A DNA stretch of 64,000 bases from Octopus vulgaris (taxonomy: Eukaryota): the NCBI GenBank assembly GCA_951406725.2, contig OX597820.1, positions 6,262,001 to 6,326,000 on the forward strand. The letters are read 5' to 3'. The position numbers and the translations under genes are program-made. Below, one piece after another: positions 40,954 through 54,906 of the stretch; positions within the stretch are counted from its first letter, which is position 1, and each line of letters starts with the position of its first letter. The notes below the pieces were generated by a model. The model worked only from the letters and a program-made list of their open reading frames with translations. It did no database searches and had not been told where the DNA came from.

Positions 40954-42279
40954 ATGTGTGCGTGTGTATTTATATATGGGGATATGTGTATGTAGTATGT
41001 CTGTGTGTATGGCTGCAGATATATGCGTATTGCGCGTGCGCGGAGTGTGTATATAAAAGCGTCCATTTTGCCGGTTGAATGTGTGACAAGCTGAATGGAA
41101 TGTTATGACTTGTTTCCGTACTCGAAGAACGGCCATGATCAGCAACTGGCAATATAATTGGTTACAGCTCTGAAGACGAATAATTTTTCACCTGAGGTCA
41201 CTACCATAAAATATATATTAAGTTAACCGGAAATTATCTCTCATAGAAATACTACTGAATCTGGGTTCCATCAACTAGCCTATGCCATCCAAACCATAAT
41301 TTCACACATACAAATGTCAAATTGAGCATCTCGTTCGGCCAGAGCTGCTTACTGGAACTGGCTATTAAACACAGCAGACAATAGGTTTAGACTGAAAGCC
41401 ACAATGTAATAGATCATATTAATACAGTGTTTTATATATCGTTAACTACCTCAACACTATTCAAAGATTTACTTCATTTAGTCAGACTAGAATACTTTGG
41501 CTTTTTTTTCTTTCTTTTCTGTTTGGTAAATCCAGAATATTTTGATATATATAAATTCCTCATTTATCCTCCTAATTTACAATCGATGCAATCTTTCATA
41601 ATTTCGCTTTTCTTTGCAAGAATCGCCACTCGACATCGTCTGCGTAGTCTTCCTGCGATTGTTTATTTTAACATGTTTTATATATGAGGAGACGTAAATA
41701 ACGAGCGAAGAGTTGTGTCGACAGACAGGACAATTCTGTATTTGATATCGAAATCAGGTGGAATTTTTTCTTAATAATGATTATAATATAACGAATATAA
41801 TATTAAAGGCGTCCTCACTGAACCAAGCTATTTCAGCAAAAACTTGCCTTCTCTGTGTCTGCCTGTCCGTCCGTCCATCTCTGTCTGTCCCTCTTTCGTG
41901 GGATCAACAGAAAAGGTGCCCCCTCCAGTCACAGATAAATATCATTTAATTGACACAGGATTTAAATGAAATCTTCAACAAATCTTTGTGATCTTGACTA
42001 TGCAAGAGTCGGATGAATTTGAACAGTTCCACAGACAGTCTTTGACTTTATCCATCCCAAAAGGTCCTTACTTCAATGTTTTCTCTATAGTGTTTATAGC
42101 TTTATCTACTTCGAGTAACGAATTATTCTTAAAAACGAATTTCTTCACCTCTCTCGAAGATTCTATCTTTTTATGAAGCAAATAATATATACATATATGT
42201 ATGTGAGTGTGTAATTGTGTATGAGTATGTATGTAAATAAGGTGTATATATATGTATTTATATACATTTACATTGATTA

Positions 42280-42446
42280 CATTATTTATATTTGACAGAT
42301 ATTTATCCTCATCATGTTAACACAACATTTCAGCTGATATACCCTCCAGCCTTTCTTGGGGAAATTTCGAACCTGGGTTATCATTCCTAAGGTATTTTTC
42401 GACGTTGTTGTTGTTGTTACGCTATTACCCACTACACTATATGCCC
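42280..42446 (-). mobile_element. tRNA-headed SINE-like element (family H4) with half-hammerhead tail, deleted copy
   Basis: Minus strand: GGCATATAGTGTAGTGGGTAA (A-box remnant), (CAA)n, TCGAAAAATACCTTAGGAATG..CCAGGTTCGAAATTTCCCCAAGA, then A-GGCUG-GAGGGUAUAU-CAGCU-GAAA-U-GUU. Homologous to 46262-46510. Confidence 0.65.
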
Positions 42447-42470
42447 CTGGGCAATTTTGGAGTGAGTTTT

Positions 42471-42940
42471 ATTAATTATATCCCTTCATCCGAGACGATG
42501 CGAGACGATGGTTAAGTAATAGTTAATTTATATAGGATACAAAATAGAGAATGAGGCGGAGAAAAGAAAATAGATGTGAGATATGTAGGGGTACTGAAAT
42601 TGTAGATCCATTTTTTAGGCAGAATGGTATATATGTAACATTTCAATACCTTATGAGTAAAATTCAACAGAATTAAAAATGGGTCATTCCAAGTTGGATC
42701 TACAAATTCAATATCCCTAAATATCTCACATCTATATTCTTTCCGCCACCTCACTCTCTATTTTGTATCCTATCTAAATTAACTATTACTTAACCATCCT
42801 CTCACATTGTCTCTGATGAAGGAGGGATATAATTAATAAATATCCTGGAAACAGCTGTAAGACCTTCTATCTATAAATGTTCTAATGTCTACACAGCCTT
42901 GGCTTTTTATTTCATTGCGCAAAAAATTCTTATATACACA
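42471..42940. mobile_element. Fold-back of PLE-type pLTRs (arms ~42471-42610 and ~42695-42837, 3' extension to ~42940)
   Basis: ATTAATTATATCCCTTCATCCGAGAC..GATGGTTAAGTAATAGTTAATTTA.ATAGGATACAAAATAGAGA..TAGATGTGAGATAT pairs with ATATCTCACATCTA..TCTCTATTTTGTATCCTAT.TAAATTAACTATTACTTAACCATC..GTCTCTGATGAAG..GGGATATAATTAAT. Confidence 0.85.
42809..42863 (+). ncRNA. Minimal type-I hammerhead ribozyme (family H2)
   Basis: Stem I GUCU/AGAC; CUGAUGA at 42813-42819; stem II GGGAUAU/AUAUCCU (with extra nucleotides before it); GAAA at 42848-42851; palindromic ACAGCUGU; GUA triplet ending at 42859. Confidence 0.72.
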
Positions 42941-43051
42941 CGCTGACATATGACCAACGTTGAACTCTTTATTCGCAAAATTACCGAACCTGGAACATAA
43001 CTATCGGCTGTCTATAGCACATATTCAACATTACCTGACACCATTACCTCT

Positions 43052-43093
<42 letters not shown>

Positions 43094-43180
43094 TACATAC
43101 ATATATATACATATACATACATATATATACATATATACATACACACACATATATATATGTATATACATACATGCATGCAT

Positions 43181-43220
<40 letters not shown>

Positions 43221-44087
43221 GCATGCATGTATGTACAGCTAGTGAAGATTTCCCTATAAAAATCTATGCCCTATATGATTCCTGCCGTATTTATCTTGGG
43301 TGCACCTCCAATCTCTTCCATTTTGTGCCTGCAATGAGGGAGCTGTGTGGTGTCGTGTCACTGAGGTTTTCGAGGTGTGTTTATGCGGTGAAGTTATAAA
43401 CATATTCAAGTGAAATGTTTTAGTGTAGTTAGGTCTTCGAACTAAATAGACTTTTAAGATGTTCTGTTACTGGACGGTCATCTGGGGGAACTATGCAAAT
43501 GATTGAAATAAATCATTCCTTCACCAAATTCTACTTCGTTTTCCTTTATTTATCCCCTCCTTCGCGGCACATTTTTGTCTAGTAAGAATCGTGTCACATA
43601 TTTCGGTGGTGCGTTGGTAGCAGTAATAAATCTTCGTAGAAAGAGCTGGCAGGGTCAGTCTAAGTTGTGAGAGGAACCCAACGCCTCAAGGCTCGAATCT
43701 TCCTTTCATCCTGCTGACGTAATACAGCGACAAATACTTACAAGTTTGGTTCCTTCTTTAAAGATCGCAAACATCAATAAGAGATCAATGACTTTTAGTT
43801 TTAGAAGGAAATCGGTTTGTAATGTGCATACATTATTAACTCATGTATGTAGGCAGGTGCGTAGGTACGTATGTATGCATATATGTATATTACATATATG
43901 TATGTATGTGTTTATATATGAATTTATATACTTAGGTAGAAATTCATACATACCTGTAGACATACGCAAACTAGTTACACTTAGGCCCACATGTATAAAC
44001 ACATTCCAAATTAGACATAGAATCAGACACACACGCACGCATGAATATGTATATATATATATATATATATATACATACATACATACA

Positions 44088-44171
<84 letters not shown>

Positions 44172-44725
44172 CATGTGTACTTCTCGAAGTACACATGTGT
44201 CTGCATGTGTAGATGCCAAAATCAAAATCGATTCCAGCAGAACTCGGTGCATAATGGCCAATTAGTTGGTTCCTTAATGTTTTTGACATGGAATGCATGG
44301 ATAGAAACTTAGAATATAAAGAAATTACGAAATGTCTGCGAATGAGGAGAGAATAGGAATAAGTGTGAAGAATTTGGAATGGATTTAGAGATAATAGGTA
44401 CTAATGTATGGTTTCGAATACCTGGAATTTTATCATGTTATATATGGAAAATGATATGAGTTTTTGCTCGGATCGCAAAGGGGGGGGGTGAGTGTGTGTG
44501 TGCGTGTGTGTGTAAATGACACAGAATCTTACTTGGAGGATGTGTGCACACATATGTAATCATAATGAAATGCATGTACACGCTCACACATCAATAAATA
44601 CATAAAAACATGAACAAATATATATATATATATTATATATTATGTATGCATGTATGTATGTATGAATGTATATATATATATTATGTATGCATGTATGTAT
44701 GTATGAATGTATATATATATAATCA

Positions 44726-44756
<31 letters not shown>

Positions 44757-45718
44757 GACCTCTCACAGTATGAGTGTGTGTGTGTGTTTGTGTATATATG
44801 TATATATATATATATGTATGAGTCAAGGAGAGGTAGCTCATACTAAACAAGGGTTACGATAATGTTATCCAAGCTTCTGTATTAGTTTTACTTCGACTTC
44901 CCCCACCTCCGATCCCTGAACTGTTTCCATAAAATCTCTAAGAATTATATTAATTACAAACATAACGCATCTACCGAAAACGAGTGAGAAACGTCTGTCA
45001 TGAGGTAGCCATTGTGAGGAAGTAAGCTATACAAGACAATACACTTAAACACACACGCGCACACTCACACCTATGTATTTTTATGTGTATGTATGTATGT
45101 ATGTATGTATGTATGTATGTAGCTATGCACGGATATATACACACGAGAAACGTAAACAGACGAACGATCTGTTCAGTATTTTGGTCCTAATAAATACATC
45201 CACTCGGCATAACATTAGCGTATAAATACATACATACACACACATATATTAATAATTATATATACATATATAATTATTTCAAGGGAGAAAGTCGAAACAA
45301 TTCTTATCTCATCCTTACTGAATTAATGTACAAACTGACTCCCTGATAATTATCATTAAAGTGATTTTTTCCCCCTTATTTTACGAATATATATAAATAT
45401 TACTTTATATAATTATGAGTATAATGATAATTAGTGTTCAGCAAAAAAAGTTTGCTTCGTCACATACCGAACTTTTAGAAATAGCAGCAAAAGAACTTAG
45501 CTATTTCTTCTACTATAAGAAGAATCTCCCAGACAATGTATACTCAAAAACAATTTACGTAGGCATAGAGGGGAAAATTAGGAAAGTTCACCCGGCATTT
45601 GATTACTTGTGGACGCATTTCTGAGTTAGATAGATATGGAGATGCAAGAATTACATCTCCATTCTAATATTCTCTTCATCAGCACAAAGATTTCAATAAT
45701 TTTAAATTATTATTACTG

Positions 45719-45757
<39 letters not shown>

Positions 45758-45941
45758 GTTAAGGAATGGAGTAGATAACATCCGGGTTACATAGGTTTCA
45801 CTGCGAGCGGAACCTCTGAATTGGTAAGTATCTAAGCGAGGTGTATACCGCAGGCTAGTCTTCAGCCCAAGAGATATCTTGATTAAATTAAAGTTTACAT
45901 TGTCGTATAAAGGTAAATGTTAACGCATGTAAGATTCAAGC

Positions 45942-45992
<51 letters not shown>

Positions 45993-46016
45993 GAGAGAGA
46001 GAGAGAGAGAGAGAGA

Positions 46017-46261
46017 GCGCAGGAGTGGCTGTGTGGTAAGTAGCTTGCTTATTAACCACATGGTTCTGCGTTCAGTGCCACTGCGTGGAACCTTGGGCAA
46101 GTGTTTTCTACTATAGGCCGACCAAAGCCTTGTGAGTGGATTTGGTAGAGTGAAATTGAAACGAGCCCGTCGTATGTGTGTGTGTGTGTGTGTTTGTGTA
46201 TCTGTGTTTGTCCCCTCAACATCGCCTGACAAACAACGCTGGTGTGTTTACGGCCCCGTAA
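46017..46261 (+). mobile_element. SINE family A, 3'-truncated by the adjacent H4 element
   Basis: GCGCAGGAGTGGCTGTGTGGTAAGTAGCTTGC through TGGTGTGTTTACGGCCCCGTAA. Confidence 0.88.
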
Positions 46262-46371
46262 ATTATTTACATTTGACGGATATTTGTCCTCATCTTGTTT
46301 GTTGATATACCCTCCAGCCTCTCTTGGGGGAATTTTCGAACCTGGTTTCACATTCCTAAAGTACTTTTCGA

Positions 46372-46445
<74 letters not shown>

Positions 46446-46510
46446 TCGCTGCCTGGAATCGAACTCGAAATCCTGTATTTAGTAGCCCGCGCTCTTAATC
46501 GCTATATCAC
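46262..46510 (-). mobile_element. tRNA-headed SINE-like element (family H4)
   Basis: Minus strand TAGCGATTAAGAGCGCGGGCTACTAAATACAGGATTTCGAGTTCGATTCCAGGCAGCGACCTG (B box GAGTTCGATTCC), then (AAT)n, then a body shared with 42280-42405 ending GATGAGGACAAATATCCGTCAAATGTAAATAAT. Confidence 0.75.
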
Positions 46511-46668
46511 ATCAACCCCAGTACTTAATTGGTACTTAATTTATCTACCCTGAAAGGATGGACGGCAAAGTCGACCAAGAGCGGAATTTGAACTCAGATC
46601 GCTGCGATGGGCGAAATACCACGAAGCATTTCGTCCAGCGTGACAACGATTCTGCCTGCGCGCCACTT
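46508..46668 (-). mobile_element. SINE family B, diverged
   Basis: CCCCAGTACTTAATTGGTACTTAATTTATC..GAAAGGATG..GGCAAAGTCGACC..GGAATTTGAACTCAG. A more decayed copy follows at ~46750-46880. Confidence 0.8.
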
Positions 46669-46983
46669 TTCTTCATGATAATTATAATAAAATGACGATG
46701 ATAACAATAACAGTATGAATAACAATTACAGTATCAAAACTTTGGCGCATAGCTAGCTACTTTGAGGGGAGGGTCAACCCCAGCACTTGATTGTTTTTCT
46801 TTTTTGTTTTCCAGCGACCGCCAAAGGATGAGAAGCAAAATTGATTTTGGCGGTATTTGAATGAAGAACGTAAGGATCCGGGAAGAAATGTCGGAAGAAA
46901 AGCAGCAATATGTCCGACGGTCTTACGACCCTACCAGGTCGCTGCAACTGAACGGTAAAGAAAACAACAACAACAACAACAAC

Positions 46984-47015
<32 letters not shown>

Positions 47016-47301
47016 TAATAATAATAATAAAAAATTCGGAGGCAAAATAAAATTAATTGGTTAAATAGGAATAACATCAATCCCCAGAAATGGATTAAAA
47101 CAACAATAATAAAAAGGTGATTGGTGTAAAAATAATTACAGGCTTTCAAATTGGTTTAATTAGAAAGGTGTCTAAGAAGACGTTTACTATACACCTCAAC
47201 AAACACACACACACATATAGAATGCGTCTATATGTGAATATATATACATATTTATAAATATATATGTTTGTATGTATGTATAACATGTGTATCTATATAT
47301 A

Positions 47302-47360
<59 letters not shown>

Positions 47361-47853
47361 GTCTGTCTGTCTGTCTGTCTGTTCATTTATCTATCTATCG
47401 ATCTATCTATCTATAGCACAAACGCGTATGTTCATTTGAATCTATATTCTGAGAACCATACTGATAAATCTGCATGTGTTTTAAAATAATTATATATGCA
47501 TTATAGGTACGCATATTTAAATACACTGTCGGTTATACATCACAAAATGACTCATATACATACATACATACATGAATACATACATACCATCATGCCTATA
47601 GTCATACTTGTGTGTGAGAACGTGTGTGCGCAGAAACCTCTGCAGCTTCAGTACTCACACCACACACAATTCTCACATATATATCAATATTTGTATGCAT
47701 ATATGCATGTATAATTGACGGTGTATTTATATATATATATATGCTTACCTCTGTTGCTTATATAATTATTTCAACTGAGCAGAAAGTGCAGATATATAGG
47801 TGTGTCTAACGGAATATATATTCAGTGAATGTCTGTGTATACACATATATATA

Positions 47854-47900
<47 letters not shown>

Positions 47901-47926
47901 TTGTATATATGTCTATTATATGTATG

Positions 47927-47986
<60 letters not shown>

Positions 47987-48023
47987 TGTATGTATTTTTG
48001 TATACATGTCTATTATATGTATG

Positions 48024-48073
<50 letters not shown>

Positions 48074-49005
48074 CAAATACAAGTACTCAAACACACGCGC
48101 ACACAGATATATATACTTATAAATATATGTATTATATGTATATATATATATATATACAAATGCACATATGCAAATACATATATACATACCTATGCTTGTG
48201 TGTATATGTATGTGTATATATTATTAAGCACGCTTGTCTAAGTATCTGGCATTACCATATCTCAACGTCCACAATGAGCGATGCCGACTCTGATGACAAA
48301 GTGCTGCCAAATGTTGAGTGTTCGTGCAGAATACCAAATTCCTTGAACACGAAGACGTCGAAATAAAGAAAGGATGAGAAGGAGGAGGAGGAAGAAGAAG
48401 AAAAAGAAGAAGAAGAAGATGAAGAAGAAGTCAAAGGATATAATGTCTGAGAAGAAGAAAGATATGAAGAGAAAGAAGAGATGAAAATAGATGAAGGAAA
48501 GAAACAAAAAATGTAATGCAAAAGAGACCAATAAAAATGTAGAAAAACAAAATGAAAGGGAATTCAAGAAAAAACATAATTAATTAAAATATAAGGTAAT
48601 AAAAATAAGGAGAAAATAGTAATTCAATAAAGATTGTGTCGACTTTGAGTGGAGTTAAAAGGGAGAATATTGGAGAAGAAGGCAGAGAGAGCGGAAGGTG
48701 GAGGAGGAGGAGGAAAGGGAATAGGAGCTGAAGAAGGTAATGATGAATGCAGATGAGCATGATGGGGATGAACGAGAAAAGAAAGGGTGCCGTAGAGGAA
48801 GAAGTGGAGGGTGAGGAGGAGAAGTAGAAGTAGAAGAAGAGGACGAAAACGAAGAAGAAAATTATGATGAGGATGAAGATGATGATGATGTAGGAAAACG
48901 AAGGGGAATTAGAAGGAAAATGAAGATGAAGAGGTGGAAGAAGTGAAAAGAAGAGAAAAAGTAATCATAATAATGATAATGATGAAGGTGGTGGTGGTGG
49001 TGGTA

Positions 49006-49068
<63 letters not shown>

Positions 49069-50154
49069 AGGAAATGGTCTTGAAGATTGTGATACCGCAG
49101 ATGGTTTCTTATTAAGCTTTTCGCTTTTTTCTTTTATGCATAATATTTAAAACTAGGTGGAAATAAGTTCGTGCAGGGATACATCACTACCATACAGATA
49201 GGGGACTTACAAAAGAAATCTGCGACAAACAGTAGAAGATAGCAAGTCAGAAATAATGTGTTAAGTAAACGTTGTGCGCACGCGCATGCGCGTTCGATTG
49301 TGTCTGTGTGTGCATTTGTCTGTCCATGTGTGCACAAGTGCGTGTGTGCGGTGTATCTAGCGAATGGGTGTTCATACATATATATGCACTGTCCTTGTGT
49401 TATGAGTGAAGTATGTGCGTATATAGTTTGTTGTGCGTGTACATGTGTTGCATTAGTGTTCTCTGTGTGTTGTATTTGTATTGTATGTGTGTGTCGTGTA
49501 CGTGCATTTCTCTTCTGTTTGTTTTGTTGTTTTTAGTATTTCGTTTTCACTTGGTTCCATCGTACACTTCCTGACGTCTTCCTACAACTTGTCGCAGACA
49601 ACTTTTGCCGATTGTTTTAATAGCAACAAGATTTTTCGACGCTTTTATGTTATTTTTCCGCTTTTGTTTCTGCGGGTTTTTTTGTTGCAGTAGTTGACAC
49701 CACTCATTCTCTGCTGTCTCATATTGTCATGACTACAAAAACAACGACAGCACAAACAATAGACTATAAAAATAATAAAAAAATAATAAAGAAATAAAAT
49801 AAAACGTTTCCTATTCCTTTCATTGGTTACTCAAAGGAACAATGACGCTACCCTCATTGCTGCTGCTGCTGCCGTTGCTGTGCTGCCGTTGCTGCTGATG
49901 CTACTGCTGCTGTTGTTGTTGTTGTTCTCAATTAAACTTAGATCAGGCCTAATCGAGTAGATATTTCATGCGCATTATTCCAGCCGCAACCAACCCGGTA
50001 TATGTCTATGCTCGGTATCATAATGTTTAATGACATACCTTTCTTAGAGATGATAGTTTGTGAGTTGAGAGCGTTTCACAGCTATTTCTAGCAGAGCAAT
50101 TGACTTCATCCTCCTCCTTCCACTTTATTGTTATTAATTTTGTCGTTGATGTTG

Positions 50155-51110
50155 TTATTTAAGACGTCGCACATTATCCAATATCGTGATGATATTGAAT
50201 GAAGATATTGTGTCTACCGGGGTTTGTACTGTCTGTCAAGTCACAACAACGACGACCTCAGGCATATTGCATATTTATGCAATATGCGGGCAGTTCTAAG
50301 TAATGCTGATTTTTTGCTATACACCTAGATTGTAAGGTATTTCTAAGTTTCCAGATGTTTCTTCAGCTTGGGTGGTATTGAACTCAATGCTCCGATGACA
50401 ACAGGGACGATCTTTATGTTCGAATCTCGTAGCTACCACATCTTAGCGATATCAATTCTCAGGTTTCCATATTTATCAATCTTCTCTCTTTCTTTCAAGA
50501 TCATATGTTGATCTCCTGGCACTGCCACATCGATTATTAGGCACTCTTGTTTGTCCCTCCTAAAGGTTACTATATCCAGCCTTCGGTGCTCTATCACCGT
50601 GTCTATCTGAAAGTCAAAGTCCCAGAGGATTTTCATTTTTCGTCCATTACCTTTTCCGGTGTATGTTGGTACCAAGCACCCGTTAATTCGTATCATACTT
50701 CCGGCATAGTAACCAGTGAATATTTTGGGCTACCTTGCCGTGTCTACACTTGTTCTCTTTCTGCGCAAGACTTTCACAAGCACTAACAATGTAACTCATG
50801 CTTTCGACACTCTTCCCATACATTCTGCAGAGGTTCCTTGCACTTGTGTAGTATATATATCCCTTTTCAATAAGTTGATATTCAATGCCTGATTCTGAGC
50901 AGCGATGAATAGGCTTTCAGTATTCATTTTTAGATCGCCCTTACTGAACCAACTCTATGGAGCTTCCTGGTCTTTTAATTTGTTAAATTCACCATGGAAC
51001 CGACCACGTAATGTTACGTGAAGCAAGGTTTTTTTTCTCTCTCGTTGGCTGATCGTGATTAGAATTCCTGAGCACTCACAAGTCTATTTTTCGTTAATGC
51101 TTCTGCATTA
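50155..51110 (-). mobile_element. R4/Dong-like non-LTR retrotransposon 3' fragment (zinc knuckle plus restriction-like endonuclease), decayed
   Basis: Minus frames: WFSKGDLKMNTESLFIAAQNQALN; LCRMYGKSVESMSYIVSACESLAQKENKCRHGKVAQNIHW (degenerate CCHC and RH motifs); KILWDFDFQIDTVIEHRRLDIVTF..CLIIDVAVPGD..KEREKIDKY..L..DIAKMW..IVPVVIGALS (PD..D..K RLE signature). Confidence 0.9.
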
Positions 51111-52293
51111 GCAGTATAATATAGTAGGTCTTGTTTGCTGTTTACCAAATATTCTGCCATCTTTCTTCTTTCACCGTTGATGCACTCCCATGTGCTAATA
51201 AGCCCACGTCCACCTTTACCCCACTTCATGTAGAATTAATTATTATTATTTTTATTATTGATTTGAATAAGTTCTGTCTTATTCCTGGTAGGTTGCGGGT
51301 TACTACCTGTAACCTTAGGTACCCACAAGCTTTCAATAGTCTTTCAAGTGCTTTGAACTCACTCGATAATTTTCCCTGTTCCTAAGAGTCGGTGATGGAA
51401 TTTCAAGAATCTAAGACGTCGGATCAAATGATTTGAGAGATAATTGTTCCGCTTTCTGTATAAATTATAACATTTCTGTTATAATTTGTGATGGAGTTAG
51501 TTATCTCATGTTGTTGCACAACGAAATTCTATTGCGACTGTTTTTCAGGGTCCAGCGTCGAGAATCTCCACTTTCAGAACATGGGCCCTATTTCGTGTAC
51601 ACAGTGGAATTCACGACAACTTGATTTTTGTTGGCTGCACAACAGAAAAAGATTCGCTGCAAAATGCTGACGCCAGGCACAAGATCAGGACTTCGACGGA
51701 TTTTGCCGAACATTTTACATGAAATAGCTGTAAATTTGAGGAACATCTTACTTAAAGAACACATTCACATGAAACATTCTGAAAACACAGCACTTTCAGG
51801 CCTCAAAACGCATGAGGATAAGCATAAATGTGACTTGGAAGAATGAACAAAATAGCAGCAGAATTGCAACCCATTTACGCAACTCTCTTTCATTAAATGT
51901 TCTCTTTTGATGGTGATTCTCCTTCAAATATTTAAATTTATTCCTTCTTATTTTATTTTTTTGCTACCATTTCTGAGAAAACAAAAATTGGAGACCTCCT
52001 TTTGTCTAAAAAGGAATGCACAATATTCCAGTTCAAATTTTGAATTTCTGCATGTTTAAAATTTTTCCTTTTGAACCCGAGGATTACTGGTAAACTGTCG
52101 AAATATTTTTTAATTCAATAGAGTCAATCTTTATTACAAATTGTATCGTGTTCTTCTTATTGTACATCATCATCATCATCATCATCAATATTAATATTAT
52201 ATTTGTTCTTATTGTTATTATTATCATATTTGTTACAATTATTACTATAATAATAATAATAGATAATAATAATAATAATAAATAATAATAATA

Positions 52294-52383
<90 letters not shown>

Positions 52384-53041
52384 AATAATTGATTATATGT
52401 TACCCTGTCTCTGCTGCTGCCACCAACAGTCTCAGTACTGGTATACAACAAAAACAAACAGACATTATAGCTGTTAGCTGCTATTGTTGAACAGGTGAAT
52501 GGAATGACGGTTATATAGGTACACCAACGGTGTACCAACACCGAAATCTTAAAAGAATAGGGCTGCATAGAAATTACTTAGAATTCGCACAAACATACAC
52601 AAACATACAGAGATATACACATTTATATACATAGACTCACACGTATATATATTACATGCGTGCATGAACGCGCGTGGGTGCGTGTCTGTGTGTGAGGTTA
52701 AGAAAGTTTACGCATGACTGCATTCTACTGTATAGTGAGACATAATTAAGAACGTAGCTGTCATCAAAACATGCGCGCACACACACACATATATGACTGC
52801 ATGTTATACATACATACGTATGTGCGAGTTTATGATGCGTGTGGGTGTGTGTATGTGTGTCTGTGTGTGTGTATACATACGTCAAAATAAGAAACTTAGA
52901 AAGATACTTCAAAATGAGCACGTTGAAATTCCCACGTACACATACACCCCTATATATAATAATTGTGTGTGTGTGTGTGTGTGCATGAATCTATACATAC
53001 ATGTATGTATATGTATGTATGTACGTATGTGTATATGTGTT

Positions 53042-53072
<31 letters not shown>

Positions 53073-53120
53073 CTGTGTTTACGTATACATATATATAAAC
53101 ATATATATTAGCTAGATCGA

Positions 53121-53156
<36 letters not shown>

Positions 53157-53418
53157 CATATGTATATATATGTATGTTCGTATATGTATATGTATATATA
53201 TATATATTTATATATATATACATATATATATATATATGTATATGCATATATATATGTATATACATATGTATATATCTATGTACATACACACATATATATA
53301 TATCTATATATATATACATATGTATATATCTATGTATATACATATATATATCTATATATATATATATACATATGTATATATCTATAAATATACATATATA
53401 TATACATATGTATATATC

Positions 53419-53636
<218 letters not shown>

Positions 53637-53744
53637 ATGTACAAATGTAAACTTTTGAACATTTTCTAGGAAGAGGTGTTGGTCGTGATAGATGTCTCAG
53701 TTTGATTGGCGTATGTGCGTATACATACATACATGCATACATTC

Positions 53745-53813
<69 letters not shown>

Positions 53814-54063
53814 AACATTTTGTATATGTACGTAAATCTAGAATGATATATGACATTTAAAACTAAATGAATGCTTTGCTGTAATAAAATTTTAATGAAG
53901 CGACATTAACTGAAAGAAGAGAGAAAGAAAAGTGAGAAAGAAAAAAAAGAAAGAAAGGGAGAGGGAAAGTGAGTGAGAGAAAGCGAGAAATGTTGAGAGA
54001 GAAAGAGGTAGAACGAGACATGAAAGACAGAGGAAGATAGACACAGAGAGACAGACAAACAGG

Positions 54064-54127
<64 letters not shown>

Positions 54128-54860
54128 CAGACAGATAGACAGATAGATAGACAGATAGATAGACAGACAGATAGACAGATAGATAGACAGATAGATAGAT
54201 AGACAGATAGATAGACAGATAGGTTGAGACAGTGTGAAAAACAACAACATAGCAAACGGAGTATCTCCTTGCCAGAGTGTATCAATCAAGTTTTCTTTTA
54301 ATTTCAGCCATCCACCCCGTCATACGCACCTCTACTTTCTCACACTCATTCTGATTTGTCTTTCTCGCTTGGTTGTATATTTTTTGTTGGTGTTCTTTTT
54401 TCGTTAACTTAACAAAAGATCAGAGGAATAAGACAGCGCTGAGATAGATCAGCGGGCGGCCATCTTTCTCTTCTTTCTTTTCCGTTTCGGCTTTCACTTG
54501 AAAAGTTTTTTTACAATTTTCTCAAAATATTCTTTTAACAAAAGAAATGTTTCTGACTGAGATAATATTATTTCACTTCTATGTATATAATTTTTGAAAA
54601 ATATTTTCTCTTATTTCATTTGTATGGATCTTTTGTAGTTTTTTGTTTTGTTGTTGCGTTTATATTTATATTGATATTTTCACCTGTGAATGATTGTATC
54701 TTAGCTGTGTAAGTTTGTACGAACGCATTTACGTATGTATGTATGTATGTATGTATGTATGTATGTATGTATGTATGTATGTATGTATGTATGTATGTAT
54801 GTGTGTACGTATGTATGTATGTATGTATGTATGTATGTATGTATGTATGTATGTATGCGG

Positions 54861-54906
<46 letters not shown>

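Noticed and set aside
41049-41125. Strong TATA box GTATATAAAAG and a miR-1-like seed TGGAATGT
   Set aside because: TATA strings are ubiquitous here, the rest does not match miR-1, and no convincing precursor hairpin forms.
48245-48366. Complex island encoding MSDADSDDK..., sharing ACAATGAGCGATGC with 2845-2858 on the minus strand
   Set aside because: A 14-bp match somewhere in 64 kb on both strands is expected by chance; no splice support or recognisable domain.
51549-51846. Possible exon after TTTTTCAG or a Tc1-like transposase remnant
   Set aside because: All frames close quickly and the motif resemblance (FQQDGAP, LDF..W) is too degenerate to support.
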